Origin: Candidatus Curtissbacteria bacterium RIFOXYA1_FULL_41_14
GTDB taxonomy: Bacteria; Patescibacteriota; Microgenomatia; Curtissbacterales; GWA2-41-24
Direction: 5' to 3'
Assembly (NCBI GenBank): GCA_001775095.1
Contig: MFCA01000025.1
Span: forward strand, 116,075-180,074
Length of the DNA stretch: 64,000 nucleotides
Shown: piece after piece, positions 47,138-57,677 of the stretch
How the letters are laid out: every line of letters starts with the position of its first letter
How positions within the stretch are numbered: position 1 is the first letter of the stretch
The notes under the pieces: generated by a model
Seen by the model: only the letters and a program-made list of their open reading frames with translations
Told to the model about the DNA's origin: nothing
Database searches by the model: none
Position numbers and translations under genes: made by a program

Positions 47138-47917
47138 TTATTCAGTGGTTTCAGGTCTTTTCTCAGTGACTTCAGTGGTTACAGGCTTTGTCCCTTCTGT
47201 TCCTTTTGTTTTCTCTGATACTTCTGATACCTGTGATGCTTCTTCTTTTGTCTCCTCTTCTTCTTTCTCCTTAGGAGGTGGAGGAGGTGTGTATCCCTTT
47301 ACCTTTCCAGTTTTCTTAATAACCAAAAGGCCATTTATCGCACCGGGAACTGAACCCTTGACTAAAAGTAGATTTTTACCAGGATCAACTTCAATAACTT
47401 CAAGACCACCAATTGTTAATTTTGAAACGCCCATATGACCAGCCATCTTTTTACCCTTAAACACTCTTCCAGGGGTGGTAGTTTGTCCGATCGATCCCGG
47501 TGCCCGATGGCGGTCGGATTGCCCGTGAGTTTTTGGACCCCCTGCAAATCCCCATCTTTTGACTACCCCTGCAAATCCTTTCCCTTTCGTAATACCTGTC
47601 ACTTTAACTTGATCTCCAGGTTCAAAAATTGAAACCGTTAGCTTTTCACCGGCGCAGTATTTTGACGATTGATCTTCCAATGGTTTGACTACTAGTACTT
47701 CTTTGACAACTCTTGGGGCAAATCCGCAAATCTTTACAAACGCATTTTCGGTTTTTTTAACTTTTTTCTTCTTCCCAAACCCCAGTTGTACCCGATCGTC
47801 GCGAGTTCCTAAAATAATATTAGGTTCGGCCACTACCTGAGTTACCGGAATGCGATGACCAAATTGGTCAAACCGGACTGACATTTCCTTTTTTAAACCG
47901 ATCAATGTATTAATCAT
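47138..47917 (-). CDS. rplC: 50S ribosomal protein L3, with Pro/Glu/Lys-rich C-terminal extension
   Basis: Start set at 'MINTLIGLKKEMSVRF'. ~50-aa low-complexity tail. Confidence 0.85.
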   Translation of the reverse strand: MINTLIGLKKEMSVRFDQFGHRIPVTQVVAEPNIILGTRDDRVQLGFGKKKKVKKTENAFVKICGFAPRVVKEVLVVKPLEDQSSKYCAGEKLTVSIFEPGDQVKVTGITKGKGFAGVVKRWGFAGGPKTHGQSDRHRAPGSIGQTTTPGRVFKGKKMAGHMGVSKLTIGGLEVIEVDPGKNLLLVKGSVPGAINGLLVIKKTGKVKGYTPPPPPKEKEEEETKEEASQVSEVSEKTKGTEGTKPVTTEVTEKRPETTE

Positions 47918-48147
47918 TTTTACACCAAAAAGGCAGGACTCCTTAGATGTCTTCAGGTGTCCCACCACAACGATTTTAAAATGTTCTGTTAATCGTTAAT
48001 GGCCAGTTGTTATTAAATTTTTTACTTATTAACCTCCGCCGTAAAATTTCTAATTTCTAATTATTCTAATTTCTAATCAATTCCTAAATTTAAAAATTTC
48101 TAAATTATTTAGGTCAATTAGGTTACTTAGAGCAATTAGAAATTAAC

Positions 48148-48456
48148 CTACATCTTAAGTTCTATATTCACCCCGGCAGGTAGATCCAAATGAGTTAAAG
48201 AGTCAATTGTCTTATTCGTCGGCTCAATGATATCGATCAACCTTTTGTGAATTCGCATCTCAAATTGTTCACGCGCATCCTTATCTGTATGCGGGCTGGT
48301 AAGAACCGTGAATCTTTCAATTCTCGTCGGCAATGGAATTGGCCCGGAAATTTTAGCGCCGGTCGACAGCGCCGTGTTGATGATATCACGGCATGCCGCA
48401 TCGATTACCCGCGCGTCATATGCTTTAAGTTTGACTCGAATTCTTCCTTTTGGCAT
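48148..48456 (-). CDS. rpsJ: 30S ribosomal protein S10
   Basis: S10 family, 102 aa. Confidence 0.9.
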   Translation of the reverse strand: MPKGRIRVKLKAYDARVIDAACRDIINTALSTGAKISGPIPLPTRIERFTVLTSPHTDKDAREQFEMRIHKRLIDIIEPTNKTIDSLTHLDLPAGVNIELKM

Positions 48457-48532
48457 AGTTATCTTCTTTTAATGTGCTACTCTTATTGACTAATGATTAG
48501 AGACTAAGGACTATACAAGTTTCGCACTTTTT

Positions 48533-48596
48533 GTCATTCTGGCTTGTCCAGAATCTGATTCTGGATGCGCTCGTTTCACTCGCTTACCAGAATGAC
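48533..48596. repeat. miniature palindromic repeat 'GTCATTCTGG...CCAGAATGAC', related to 4671..4734
   Basis: 64-bp inverted repeat in the tuf-rpsJ spacer. A partial copy lies at 48738..48765. Confidence 0.6.
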
Positions 48597-48848
48597 AAAT
48601 ACGGTTCGAGTTGGAAAGTCGAGAAGAAAACTATTCTAAGCGGTTAGGCTTGAAGTAAAATCTTGTGATTATCATACCTTTATAGTTCTCGACTATGCTC
48701 GAACAATAATTAGATTCTATCGTCCTTCGATAAACTCAGGACTCCAGAATGACATTTGATTGTCAATTCTATATCAGCAGGTCGCCCTTCGACAAGCTCA
48801 GGGCGCTCCTCTGATATATCAGACTCAGCGGAGCTGAGGGCTGATATC

Positions 48849-48881
48849 AAAAAAAAGACCCCTGAGGCAAAGCTTAGGGGT
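48849..48881 (-). terminator. rho-independent terminator downstream of tuf
   Basis: Minus strand: GACCCCTAAGCTTTGCCTCAGGGGTC followed by T8. Confidence 0.75.
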
Positions 48882-48893
48882 CGATTCTGCCAT

Positions 48894-50078
48894 TTAAGCA
48901 AGAATCTTGGAAACCACTCCGGCACCAACCGTGTGGCCGCCTTCGCGGATTGCAAACCTTAAGCCTTCTTCAAGAGCAACGGGGGAAATTAACTTTACCT
49001 TCATTTTAATATTATCACCCGGCATAACCATCTCAGTGCCCTCGGGTAAAGTGGCTTCGCCGGTAACATCAGTCGTTCGAATATAAAATTGAGGCCTGTA
49101 GCCGGTAAAGAACGGTGTGTGACGACCGCCTTCTTCCTTGGCTAGAATATAAACTTCCGACTCGAATTCGGTGTGCGGAGTAGTGGTGCCGGGTTTTGCC
49201 AAAACCTGCCCTCTTTCAACTTGATCTTTTTCGACGCCCCTAAGCAAAACGCCGATATTGTCCCCGGCCTGACCTTCGTCCATCGACTTTCTGAACATTT
49301 CAACTCCGGTGACCACAGTTTTTTTAGTTGCTTTAATTCCGACAATTTCAACCTCTTCATTAACTTTAACAACTCCCCGCTCGACACGACCGGTGACCAC
49401 CGTTCCCCGACCCTTGATTGAAAAGACATCTTCAACCGGCATCAGGAAAGGTTTGTCTAGATCGCGGGCAGGAGTTGGGATTTTCTCATCAACTGCAGCC
49501 ATTAATTCTTCGATTGACTTAACTGCTTCGGCATCGCCTTCCAGGGCTTTTAAGGCTGAACCGCGGATAATAGTGGCATTTTTGCCGTCAAACTGGTATT
49601 TATCTAAAAGCTCACGGATCTCCAACTCGACAAGATCTAAAAGTTCCTTATCCTGGACCATATCCGTCTTGTTCAAATAGACTACCATTGCCGGAACATT
49701 AACTTGGCGGGCCAAAAGAACGTGTTCCCGGGTTTGAGGCATCGGGCCGTCGGGAGCGCTAACAACTAAAATAGCGCCGTCCATTTGGGCGGCACCGGTA
49801 ATCATGTTTTTGATGTAATCTGCGTGTCCGGGAGCGTCAATATGGGCATAATGTCGTTTTTCGGTTTCGTATTCGACGTGGGTGATATTGATGGTGATTC
49901 CGCGCTGTTTTTCCTCCGGTGCATTGTCGATCTGATCGAAAGACTTGGCCTGAGCCAGACCTTTTTTGGAGAGAACCTGAGTGATTGCGGAAGTTAACGT
50001 GGTCTTGCCATGGTCGACGTGACCAATCGTTCCGATATTAACGTGCGGTTTAGTTCTTTCAAATTTTCCTTCAGCCAT
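48894..50078 (-). CDS. tuf: elongation factor Tu
   Basis: '[10 protein letters not shown]', 394 aa. Confidence 0.95.
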   Translation of the reverse strand: MAEGKFERTKPHVNIGTIGHVDHGKTTLTSAITQVLSKKGLAQAKSFDQIDNAPEEKQRGITINITHVEYETEKRHYAHIDAPGHADYIKNMITGAAQMDGAILVVSAPDGPMPQTREHVLLARQVNVPAMVVYLNKTDMVQDKELLDLVELEIRELLDKYQFDGKNATIIRGSALKALEGDAEAVKSIEELMAAVDEKIPTPARDLDKPFLMPVEDVFSIKGRGTVVTGRVERGVVKVNEEVEIVGIKATKKTVVTGVEMFRKSMDEGQAGDNIGVLLRGVEKDQVERGQVLAKPGTTTPHTEFESEVYILAKEEGGRHTPFFTGYRPQFYIRTTDVTGEATLPEGTEMVMPGDNIKMKVKLISPVALEEGLRFAIREGGHTVGAGVVSKILA

Positions 50079-50168
50079 TTTTGATTAAAACAAAACATCA
50101 GTCGATTAGACTGATTGTATTGGATAGTTTATACGATTCCCGCAGCAAAATGCAAGAGGTGAAAAAAA

Positions 50169-52304
50169 TTAGCTGTCCTTGGTCTCACCCTTGGCTTTTG
50201 CGACTATTTTCTCCGTAATATTTTGCGGGACTTCCTGATAGTGAGACGGCTCCATATAAGTTGATCCACGACCTTGGGTCATTGACCGCAGGGTGGTCAC
50301 ATAACCTGACATTTCGGCTAAGGGCACTAAGGCAGTAATGATGACGCTGTTTGCCCGATGGTCGCTTGATAAAATTTGAGCTCTTTTGGAGGACAGATCA
50401 CCGATCACATCGCCCATAAATTCTTCCGGGATTGTTACTTCAACCTTCATAATTGGCTCAAGAAGAGTGAGGTTAGCCTTTTTGACAGCTTCCTCAAAAC
50501 CTATACTGCCGGCAATTTTAAAGGCAATATCCGAGGAGTCTACATCGTGATAAGTACCATCATATACCGCAACTTTCATATCAACCATCGGGTATCCGGC
50601 CAGTACGCCCATTTCCATTTTTTCCTTAACCCCTTTTTCAATTGAAGGAATAAATTCGGAAGGGATGGCTCCGCCCCTAATCTCGGATTTAAATTGGAAT
50701 CCTTCTCCTCGCGGCAGAGGCTCAACCCTTAAGAAACAATGACCGTATTGACCACGACCGCCGGATTGCTTGATATATTTACCTTCACCCGTTGCTTCTT
50801 TGGCAATGGTTTCTTTATAGGCAACTTGCGGACTACCGACTTTTGCACCGACAGCAAACTCCCGTTTCATGCGGTCAACAAGAATCTCCAGATGTAATTC
50901 CCCCATGCCGGATATAATCGTCTGGCCTGTTTCTGAGTCACTTTTTATTCTAAAGGTTGGATCTTCTTCGGAAAGACGGTTTAGAGCGTAACCTAACTTT
51001 TCCTGATCAGCTTTGGTATTAGGTTCAATTGCCATGGCAATTACCGGCTCGGGGAAAGAAATTGATTCCAGAGTGATCGGTGCCCCCTCACTGCATAAGG
51101 TATCGCCGGTTTGCGTATTTTTAAGGCCGATAACAGCAATAATTTCTCCTGCATATGCTTCAGGTATTTCCTCTCTGGTATTGGCGTACATCAAAAGAAT
51201 CCGGCCAATTCTCTCACGGTCCCTTTTTGTAGCATTTAAGGTTGACATTCCGGATTTAAGGGTTCCCGAGTAAACTCTTACATAAGTAAGTTTTCCGACA
51301 TGCGGATCTATTTGAATCTTGAATGCCAGACCGCAAAACGGAGCGTCAATATCCTGTTTGCGTACCTCTTTCTCATTATTTTTGGGGTTGACCCCTTCGA
51401 TTTGGGTAATGTCCAAGGGAGAGGGAAGATATTCGACAATCGCATCAAGAAGAGGCTGGACGCCTTTATTTCTAAGACTGGAACCGGCTAGAACAGGAAC
51501 AATTTTGTAATCAATGACTGCTTTCCTCAAGGCCTTTTTGACCTCATCAATTTTTAACTCTTCCCCTTTCAAATATTTTTCAAGAAGGACATCATCGTTT
51601 TCCGCAATTTTTTCTACCAGTTCATGCCGGTATTTTTTGACATTAGCTTTATCCTCATCGGGAATCGGCGCTTGCGAAAATTTCATACCTGTTGCATCGT
51701 CGGCCCACTCATAGGCTTTTTCTGACAGGAGATCAATTACACCCCTAAATTCATTTTCCTTACCAAGAGGAAGATTGTAAGGGTAAGCTGGAGCACCGAG
51801 TCGTTCTCTTATAGACTTTAGAGTCGCAAAGTAATCGGCACCAAGTTTGTCCATTTTATTAATAAAGCAAAGCCGGGGAACTTTGTATTTGTCGGCTTGT
51901 CGCCAGACTGTTTCCGATTGGGACTGAACACCTTCTTCGGCATCAAGAACCGTCACGCCTCCATCCAAAACTCGCAGGGATCGTTCGACTTCTGCCGTAA
52001 AATCAACGTGTCCTGGGGTATCAATAATGTTAATTCTGCTTTCAATATCCTTATAAGGACCGGTTGTTGGAGTCCAAAAGGTAGTAACTGCTGCCGAAAC
52101 AATTGTGATTCCCCTCTCTTTTTCCTGGGCCATCCAATCGGTAACAGTGGTCCCCTCGTCGATATTGCCAAGCTTGTAGGTCTTGCCGGTGTAGTAGAGA
52201 ATCCGCTCGGTGGTCGTAGTTTTACCGGCATCAATATGGGCAATAATGCCAATATTTCTTATCCTGTCTAATGGATATAGCCGACTTTTAATATTTGTTG
52301 CCAT
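50169..52304 (-). CDS. fusA: elongation factor G
   Basis: 'AHIDAGKTTTTE', five-domain 711 aa. Confidence 0.95.
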   Translation of the reverse strand: MATNIKSRLYPLDRIRNIGIIAHIDAGKTTTTERILYYTGKTYKLGNIDEGTTVTDWMAQEKERGITIVSAAVTTFWTPTTGPYKDIESRINIIDTPGHVDFTAEVERSLRVLDGGVTVLDAEEGVQSQSETVWRQADKYKVPRLCFINKMDKLGADYFATLKSIRERLGAPAYPYNLPLGKENEFRGVIDLLSEKAYEWADDATGMKFSQAPIPDEDKANVKKYRHELVEKIAENDDVLLEKYLKGEELKIDEVKKALRKAVIDYKIVPVLAGSSLRNKGVQPLLDAIVEYLPSPLDITQIEGVNPKNNEKEVRKQDIDAPFCGLAFKIQIDPHVGKLTYVRVYSGTLKSGMSTLNATKRDRERIGRILLMYANTREEIPEAYAGEIIAVIGLKNTQTGDTLCSEGAPITLESISFPEPVIAMAIEPNTKADQEKLGYALNRLSEEDPTFRIKSDSETGQTIISGMGELHLEILVDRMKREFAVGAKVGSPQVAYKETIAKEATGEGKYIKQSGGRGQYGHCFLRVEPLPRGEGFQFKSEIRGGAIPSEFIPSIEKGVKEKMEMGVLAGYPMVDMKVAVYDGTYHDVDSSDIAFKIAGSIGFEEAVKKANLTLLEPIMKVEVTIPEEFMGDVIGDLSSKRAQILSSDHRANSVIITALVPLAEMSGYVTTLRSMTQGRGSTYMEPSHYQEVPQNITEKIVAKAKGETKDS

Positions 52305-52404
52305 AACTTTTACTTCTCTTATTTAACCTTCTTTTGTACAGCCTTGAGCTTTTGTCTACCATATTAGTTCTGTTTTTTAACAATTATCATAATTTTTGCC
52401 GGAA

Positions 52405-52674
52405 TTATTTTGCTTTTTTGCCGTTTTGCTCCAGAGGGGCTAATGGGCGAGGATGTTCTAGGGTGTGGATCTCATTTTTAATTTCGGTGACCATTGCTCT
52501 TAGAACAGAAACTTCCTCATCGGCAAGTTCCCAGGCGGCATTTTCATTCCACGCCGAACCAGACTCTTGATAGGCCTCACCGTATTTGGCTAAGGCCTCT
52601 CTGAGCTTTACTTCTTCAAGCTCTTTGAGCTTATTTTTGAGTTGTTTTAACTTCTGTGCTTTTGTCATTGGCAT
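52405..52674 (-). CDS. hypothetical small coiled-coil protein between rpsG and fusA
   Basis: 89-aa Lys/Glu-rich ORF with no known domain. Occupies a normally tight intercistronic junction. Confidence 0.4.
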   Translation of the reverse strand: MPMTKAQKLKQLKNKLKELEEVKLREALAKYGEAYQESGSAWNENAAWELADEEVSVLRAMVTEIKNEIHTLEHPRPLAPLEQNGKKAK

Positions 52675-52775
52675 ATTACAAGTAAACTGTTTTTACAAAT
52701 TTTATTTAAGCAGAAAATAGCCGGTTGTGACAACAATTAAAAACTAAGCGGGAATTATATCATAAATGAGGCTGA

Positions 52776-53270
52776 TTACCAACGAAAATGTGCAAAAGCC
52801 TTATTTGCTTCGGCCATGCGGTGCATTTCCTCCTTCTTGGATACTGCTTTGCCCGTACCCTGCGCCGCTTCTAAAATTTCAGTGGCAAGCTTGACAATCA
52901 TCAACGGTTTGTTTTTGAGCTGTTCGGTCTCTTTGGACGAGCGATTTCTGGCTGAAGTGACCAGCCATGAAATGGCCAAAGACTGCCTTCTCGGTCCTCT
53001 AACTTCCATTGGTACCATATAAGAAGCTCCGCCAACTCTTCTTGGTCTAACTTCCATTCTGGGAGTTATGTTCTCTAGAGCCGATTCAAAGGTTGCCAGC
53101 GGATCTTTGTCTTTTTGCGCAATTAATTTAAATGCTTCATAGACAATTTTTTGCGCTAGGGATTTCTTGCCGCTAACCATTAGTTTATTAATTAATTTAG
53201 CTACTTGCGGCTTTTGATAAATAGGATCTGGTTGGATTTGTTTTTTTTCTATTCTTCCGGTTCTTGACAT
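52776..53270 (-). CDS. rpsG: 30S ribosomal protein S7
   Basis: S7 family. Confidence 0.9.
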   Translation of the reverse strand: MSRTGRIEKKQIQPDPIYQKPQVAKLINKLMVSGKKSLAQKIVYEAFKLIAQKDKDPLATFESALENITPRMEVRPRRVGGASYMVPMEVRGPRRQSLAISWLVTSARNRSSKETEQLKNKPLMIVKLATEILEAAQGTGKAVSKKEEMHRMAEANKAFAHFRW

Positions 53271-53305
53271 AGTACTTTCTCCCTTTGGTCGCTACATTTG
53301 AAATT

Positions 53306-53800
53306 TTATTCCGCCGGTTGCGCCGGCGTTGGAGCCTGATTTGCAGCGGCGGTTGCCCCGACAGTAGCTGCTGCCTGAACACCAGTAACAGCCCCTGATT
53401 TTTTAGTTCCATACAGGGAACGTCCCTGCTTTCTGCTAACAACGCCGGTAGTATCGTATCTGCCGCGAATTATGTGATATTTAACTCCAGGCAAATCTTT
53501 AACCCGTCCGCCTCGTATTAAGACTACTGAGTGTTCAGCCAGTTCGTGTCCTATTCCGGGAATGTAAGCAGTAACTTCTTGTTTATTGGACAGACGGACT
53601 CTTGCTACTTTCCTAAGTGCCGAATTGGGTTTTTTTGGTGTCATTGTTTTAACAACAACACACACACCCCTCTTTTGTCCGGAAGGGTAATAAACATATC
53701 TATTTTTGTGTGTGTTAAAAGCACGCCGAAGAGCTGTCGCTCTAACCCTTTTGGGTTTTGCTTTTCGGCCTTTTCTCACAAGTTGATTTACTGTCGGCAT
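53306..53800 (-). CDS. rpsL: 30S ribosomal protein S12, with ~13-aa internal insertion and Ala-rich ~35-aa C-terminal extension
   Basis: '[11 protein letters not shown]...[10 protein letters not shown]...[11 protein letters not shown]'. 164 aa against the usual ~124. Confidence 0.9.
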   Translation of the reverse strand: MPTVNQLVRKGRKAKPKRVRATALRRAFNTHKNRYVYYPSGQKRGVCVVVKTMTPKKPNSALRKVARVRLSNKQEVTAYIPGIGHELAEHSVVLIRGGRVKDLPGVKYHIIRGRYDTTGVVSRKQGRSLYGTKKSGAVTGVQAAATVGATAAANQAPTPAQPAE

Positions 53801-53805
53801 GATAT

Positions 53806-53850
53806 TAAGTTATAAGTTATAAGTTATAAGTTGTAAGTTAAAAGTTAAAA
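53806..53850 (-). repeat. heptamer tandem array (AACTTAT/AACTTTT x7 on the minus strand) in the rpsL 5' leader
   Basis: Perfect and near-perfect 7-bp units between a 'TGATATAAT' extended -10 and the rpsL ATG. Confidence 0.7.
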
Positions 53851-53993
53851 GTTGTTGAGAAATTATATCAGAAACTTGGCCGCTTTTCATTGTATTTTTG
53901 CCCTTTCCGGACTAGTAGGAATTAAGCGGCCAATTATATCAGCTGTCGCCTTCTGAAATGCAGAAGTATACTCCACTGATATAATTGTCAGGC

Positions 53994-56900
53994 TCATTGG
54001 ATTTTAGCCCTTTCGGGGCTCGTTGGTATTAGCCTTCCAATTATGACGTTTTCTTTAAGACCAAGAAGTTTGTCTTCTTTGCCTTCAATGGCAGCGTCGG
54101 TCAAGATTCGAGTCGTTTCTTGAAATGATGCGGCCGAAAGAAAACTCTCGGTGTACAGGGCAGCCCTAGTGATACCAAGGATAATTACCTGAGCAGTCGC
54201 TGGCTCCCCACCTTCGGCTAATACTTTGGCATTTTCTTCTTCAAAGCGGTTCTTATCAATTAATTCTCCCGGCAAAAGAACCGTGTCTCCAGGAGTCTCG
54301 ATTCTAACTTTGTCACTCATCTTTCTGACAATTACCTCAAAATGTTTGTCGTTGATAGCCACACCCTGACTTTCATAAACTTCCTGAGCACCACTCGTAA
54401 TATATTTCTGGGCCATTCTTAAACCTGAGATACTCAACATTTCTTTAACATCGAGATAACCGCTGGACAGGGGAGTGCCGGCAGCAACTAATTGACCATC
54501 CTCAACAGTCAATTCGGAGGTCGGAGGGATAAAATATTCCTTTTCTATAGGCGGTTTCAAGTTCGTGCTTTTGACTATAATCAGAAATCCATCAGGTGAT
54601 TCTTCTATTTTGACCTTACCGGCAATTTCTGAGATATGGGCAGCAAATTTAGGTGTTCGTGCTTCAAAAAGCTCCTCAACTCTTGGCAAACCTTGAGTAA
54701 TATCCAGTCCAACGATACCGCCAGTATGAAATGTTCTCATAGTTAATTGGGTTCCCGGTTCACCAATTGATTGAGCGGCAATAACTCCTACTGGCGTACC
54801 GATAGCAACTAATTTTCTTGTGACCAGGTCTCTGCCATAGCACATACTACATAAACCATACCTAGCCTCGCATGTAAGAACAGATCTTACCAAGACTTTT
54901 TCGATGCCACTTTTTTCTATCTCGACAGCAACCTCTTCATCAATTAGAGTACTGGCTTTAACTAGAATCTTTTTGCCCTTAGGCTGAATAATATCCGCAG
55001 CAGCTACTCTGCCGGTTAGTCTTGCTGTAAAAGATGCTTGTCTTCTTTCATTTTTATCTATAATGATACCTTCCTTAGTTTGACAATCTTCCAGGCGAAT
55101 AATTGCGTCGTGGGCCACATCAACAAGTCTTCTAGTCAAATACCCTGATTCAGCGGTTTTGATCGCCCTATCAGCAAGACCTTTTCTGGCACCCCGTGCG
55201 GATGTGAAATACTCAAAAACAGAAAGGCCTTCTCTAAAGTTAGATTTGATCGGCAAGGGAACAATTTGTCCGGACGGATCCGTTACCAGTCCGCGGATTG
55301 CCGCCAGTTGTTTTATCTGTTCGGCGGTTGCTCTAGAGCCTCCAGAATCGGAAATGATCTTAATAGAATTATCTTTTGGCAAGCTTCTCCAGGTAAGATC
55401 TGCCAGATCATTAGTAACTGAAAGCCAAACTTCTTGAGAAAGACGTTTCTGTTCATCTTTAGTAATTAATCCCTGTTTAAAATTCTTTTCGATAGCTTCG
55501 ACCTCTTTTTCTGCCTTTTGGATTATCTGTTTTTTCTCGGCAACTATCATACAATCAAAGACAGAGACTGAAAGACCAGAGAAAGTAGCTCCTTCAAAGC
55601 CAAAGGCCTTAAGTCTGTCAATAAGATCACTTACTTCATCTTCTGTCAATTGGTCTATGGCTTTGCTAATTAACTTTTTAATAGCTGCTGCTCCTACTGC
55701 TTCATTAATAAAACGAAGTTTTTGAGGAAGTTGCATATTGAAAAGAACTCTACCGGCCGAAGTCTCAATAATCTCTTTGCCAATTTGTACTTTTACAGGC
55801 TGCCTGAGGCCAATTTTGTTCGAGTTCAAAGCAATAACCACGCCCAGTTCGTTTTCGAAAGGATTCTCAAAGGGAGAGCTTTCTGGGTCAATCGATGTTA
55901 GAAAATAAACACCGAGCGCCATTTCCTTATTGGGTAAGGTGATTGGTGAACCATCAGCAGGTCGCAGCAGGTTTCTGCCTGCCATCATTAAGCCCGTTGC
56001 TTCTTCCTTTGATTTAGCAGAAAGAGGTACATGAATAGCCATCTGATCACCGTCAAAATCGGCATTAAAGCCTGCACAGATACAAGGATGAATCCTAATT
56101 GCATCGCCCTCAATTAAAATTGGATAAAACGCCTGGATACCCAGACGATGCAGAGTTGGCGCTCTGTTGAGAAGAATGGGGTGATTTTTGGTAATCTCTT
56201 CTAAAATATCCCAAATTTCGCCGCTTCTCCTTTCAAGGTAATGCTTGGCACTTTTGACATTGGGAGCAAAACCCCGGCCAATTACTTCTCGAAGAACGAA
56301 CGGTTTGAATATTTCAAGAGCCATTTCTTTAGGAATACCGGCTTGATTAAGAGAAAGTTCCGGCCCGACAACAATAACTGACCTTCCTGAGTAGTCAACG
56401 CGTTTACCCAAAAGATTCTGTCTAAATCTTCCTTGTTTGCCTCGAAGCATGTCGGAAAGAGACCTTAAGTCTTGAGAAGCTCTGGTTGATTTAACCCTCT
56501 GGGAATCAACAAGGGCATCAGCGGCTTCCTGTAACATTCTCTTTTCATTCCTAAGAATAATCTCCGGAGCCCCAAGTTCTATTAATTTCTTCAACCTATT
56601 ATTTCTATTAATTACCCTCCTATAGAGATCGTTGAGGTCGGAAGTTGCAAACCGGCCACCGGAAAGTTGAACCATCGGACGCAGGTCAGGCGGGAGAACA
56701 GGTAAGGTCTTGATTATCATCCAGGTAGGACTAATACCGGCTTTTCTCATACTTTCAACAACTCTCAATTTTTTAGTCGCCCGGATATATTTCTGGCCGC
56801 TTGCTCTTCCAATTTCTTCACGAAGACTTGTGGACAATTGAGAAAGATCAATTTTTTCAAGAACCGCGTATAGAGCCTCTGCTCCCATGCCAATTTTAAC

Positions 56901-57677
56901 AAAATCCCCAACCTCGTAATCTGCAAGTTTCTGATATTCTTCCTCTGAAAGAAGATTCAGGGGCTTAATCGCTGAAACCATATCTGAAATATTTTTGTAA
57001 ATTTCTTCAAGCCTGCTAATTTCCTGGGCATTTTCGTCTCTAAGTCTTGCTTGTCTTTGTCGCATAGAAAGCTGTATTTCTTCGATGTGCAATTCGGTCT
57101 GTTCTTTAATCTTGCCTTTTGACTTAACTTGCGAGACTTCTTTTTGAACTTCTTTTTCCTCTTCTTCTAATTTCTTTTGAAGGACTTTTTGTTGTTCCTT
57201 GCGCTTTCTTTCAAGCTCGTCATGTAGTTTTTTAAGAATTTGCTTTTTCTTTTCAATATCGACTTCAAGTACTAAATAAGAGGCAAAATAAACAACCGCG
57301 TCCAAACTCCTTGGAGAAAGGTCAAGTATTAATCCTAATTTCGAGGGACTTCCTTTAAAAAACCAGTTATGGGCCACAGGTGCGGCCAGTGTGATATGTC
57401 CCATACGCTCGCGCCTGACGCGAGACTGAGTAACCTCGACTCCACATTTATCACAAATAATTCCGCGATATCTGATTCGTTTATATTTGCCACAGTAACA
57501 CTCCCAGTCTTTGGTCGGCCCAAATATTCGTTCATCGAAAAGACCGTCTTTTTCCGGTTTTAATGTCCGGTAATTGATAGTTTCCGGCTTGGTAACCTCG
57601 CCAAATGACCACGCTTTGATGTCATCTGTCGATGCCAGTGTCAATTTCAGTGCTTCAAAATCAATTAGCTCATTCAT
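53994..57677 (-). CDS. rpoC: DNA-directed RNA polymerase subunit beta'
   Basis: Zinc-finger 'CYCGKYKRIRYRGIICDKCG', 'NADFDGDQM' catalytic loop. 1227 aa. Confidence 0.95.
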   Translation of the reverse strand: MNELIDFEALKLTLASTDDIKAWSFGEVTKPETINYRTLKPEKDGLFDERIFGPTKDWECYCGKYKRIRYRGIICDKCGVEVTQSRVRRERMGHITLAAPVAHNWFFKGSPSKLGLILDLSPRSLDAVVYFASYLVLEVDIEKKKQILKKLHDELERKRKEQQKVLQKKLEEEEKEVQKEVSQVKSKGKIKEQTELHIEEIQLSMRQRQARLRDENAQEISRLEEIYKNISDMVSAIKPLNLLSEEEYQKLADYEVGDFVKIGMGAEALYAVLEKIDLSQLSTSLREEIGRASGQKYIRATKKLRVVESMRKAGISPTWMIIKTLPVLPPDLRPMVQLSGGRFATSDLNDLYRRVINRNNRLKKLIELGAPEIILRNEKRMLQEAADALVDSQRVKSTRASQDLRSLSDMLRGKQGRFRQNLLGKRVDYSGRSVIVVGPELSLNQAGIPKEMALEIFKPFVLREVIGRGFAPNVKSAKHYLERRSGEIWDILEEITKNHPILLNRAPTLHRLGIQAFYPILIEGDAIRIHPCICAGFNADFDGDQMAIHVPLSAKSKEEATGLMMAGRNLLRPADGSPITLPNKEMALGVYFLTSIDPESSPFENPFENELGVVIALNSNKIGLRQPVKVQIGKEIIETSAGRVLFNMQLPQKLRFINEAVGAAAIKKLISKAIDQLTEDEVSDLIDRLKAFGFEGATFSGLSVSVFDCMIVAEKKQIIQKAEKEVEAIEKNFKQGLITKDEQKRLSQEVWLSVTNDLADLTWRSLPKDNSIKIISDSGGSRATAEQIKQLAAIRGLVTDPSGQIVPLPIKSNFREGLSVFEYFTSARGARKGLADRAIKTAESGYLTRRLVDVAHDAIIRLEDCQTKEGIIIDKNERRQASFTARLTGRVAAADIIQPKGKKILVKASTLIDEEVAVEIEKSGIEKVLVRSVLTCEARYGLCSMCYGRDLVTRKLVAIGTPVGVIAAQSIGEPGTQLTMRTFHTGGIVGLDITQGLPRVEELFEARTPKFAAHISEIAGKVKIEESPDGFLIIVKSTNLKPPIEKEYFIPPTSELTVEDGQLVAAGTPLSSGYLDVKEMLSISGLRMAQKYITSGAQEVYESQGVAINDKHFEVIVRKMSDKVRIETPGDTVLLPGELIDKNRFEEENAKVLAEGGEPATAQVIILGITRAALYTESFLSAASFQETTRILTDAAIEGKEDKLLGLKENVIIGRLIPTSPERAKIQ

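Noticed and set aside
48710-48962. Overlapping 81-aa and 68-aa ORFs in the tuf-rpsJ spacer
   Set aside because: They overlap the tuf terminator hairpin and a partial palindromic repeat, and have no coding features. Treated as non-coding spacer.
54003-54020. Hairpin AGCCCTTTCGGGGCT resembling a terminator after rpoC
   Set aside because: It lies inside the rpoC reading frame (encodes the C-terminal '...SPERAKIQ'), so it is not an intergenic terminator.
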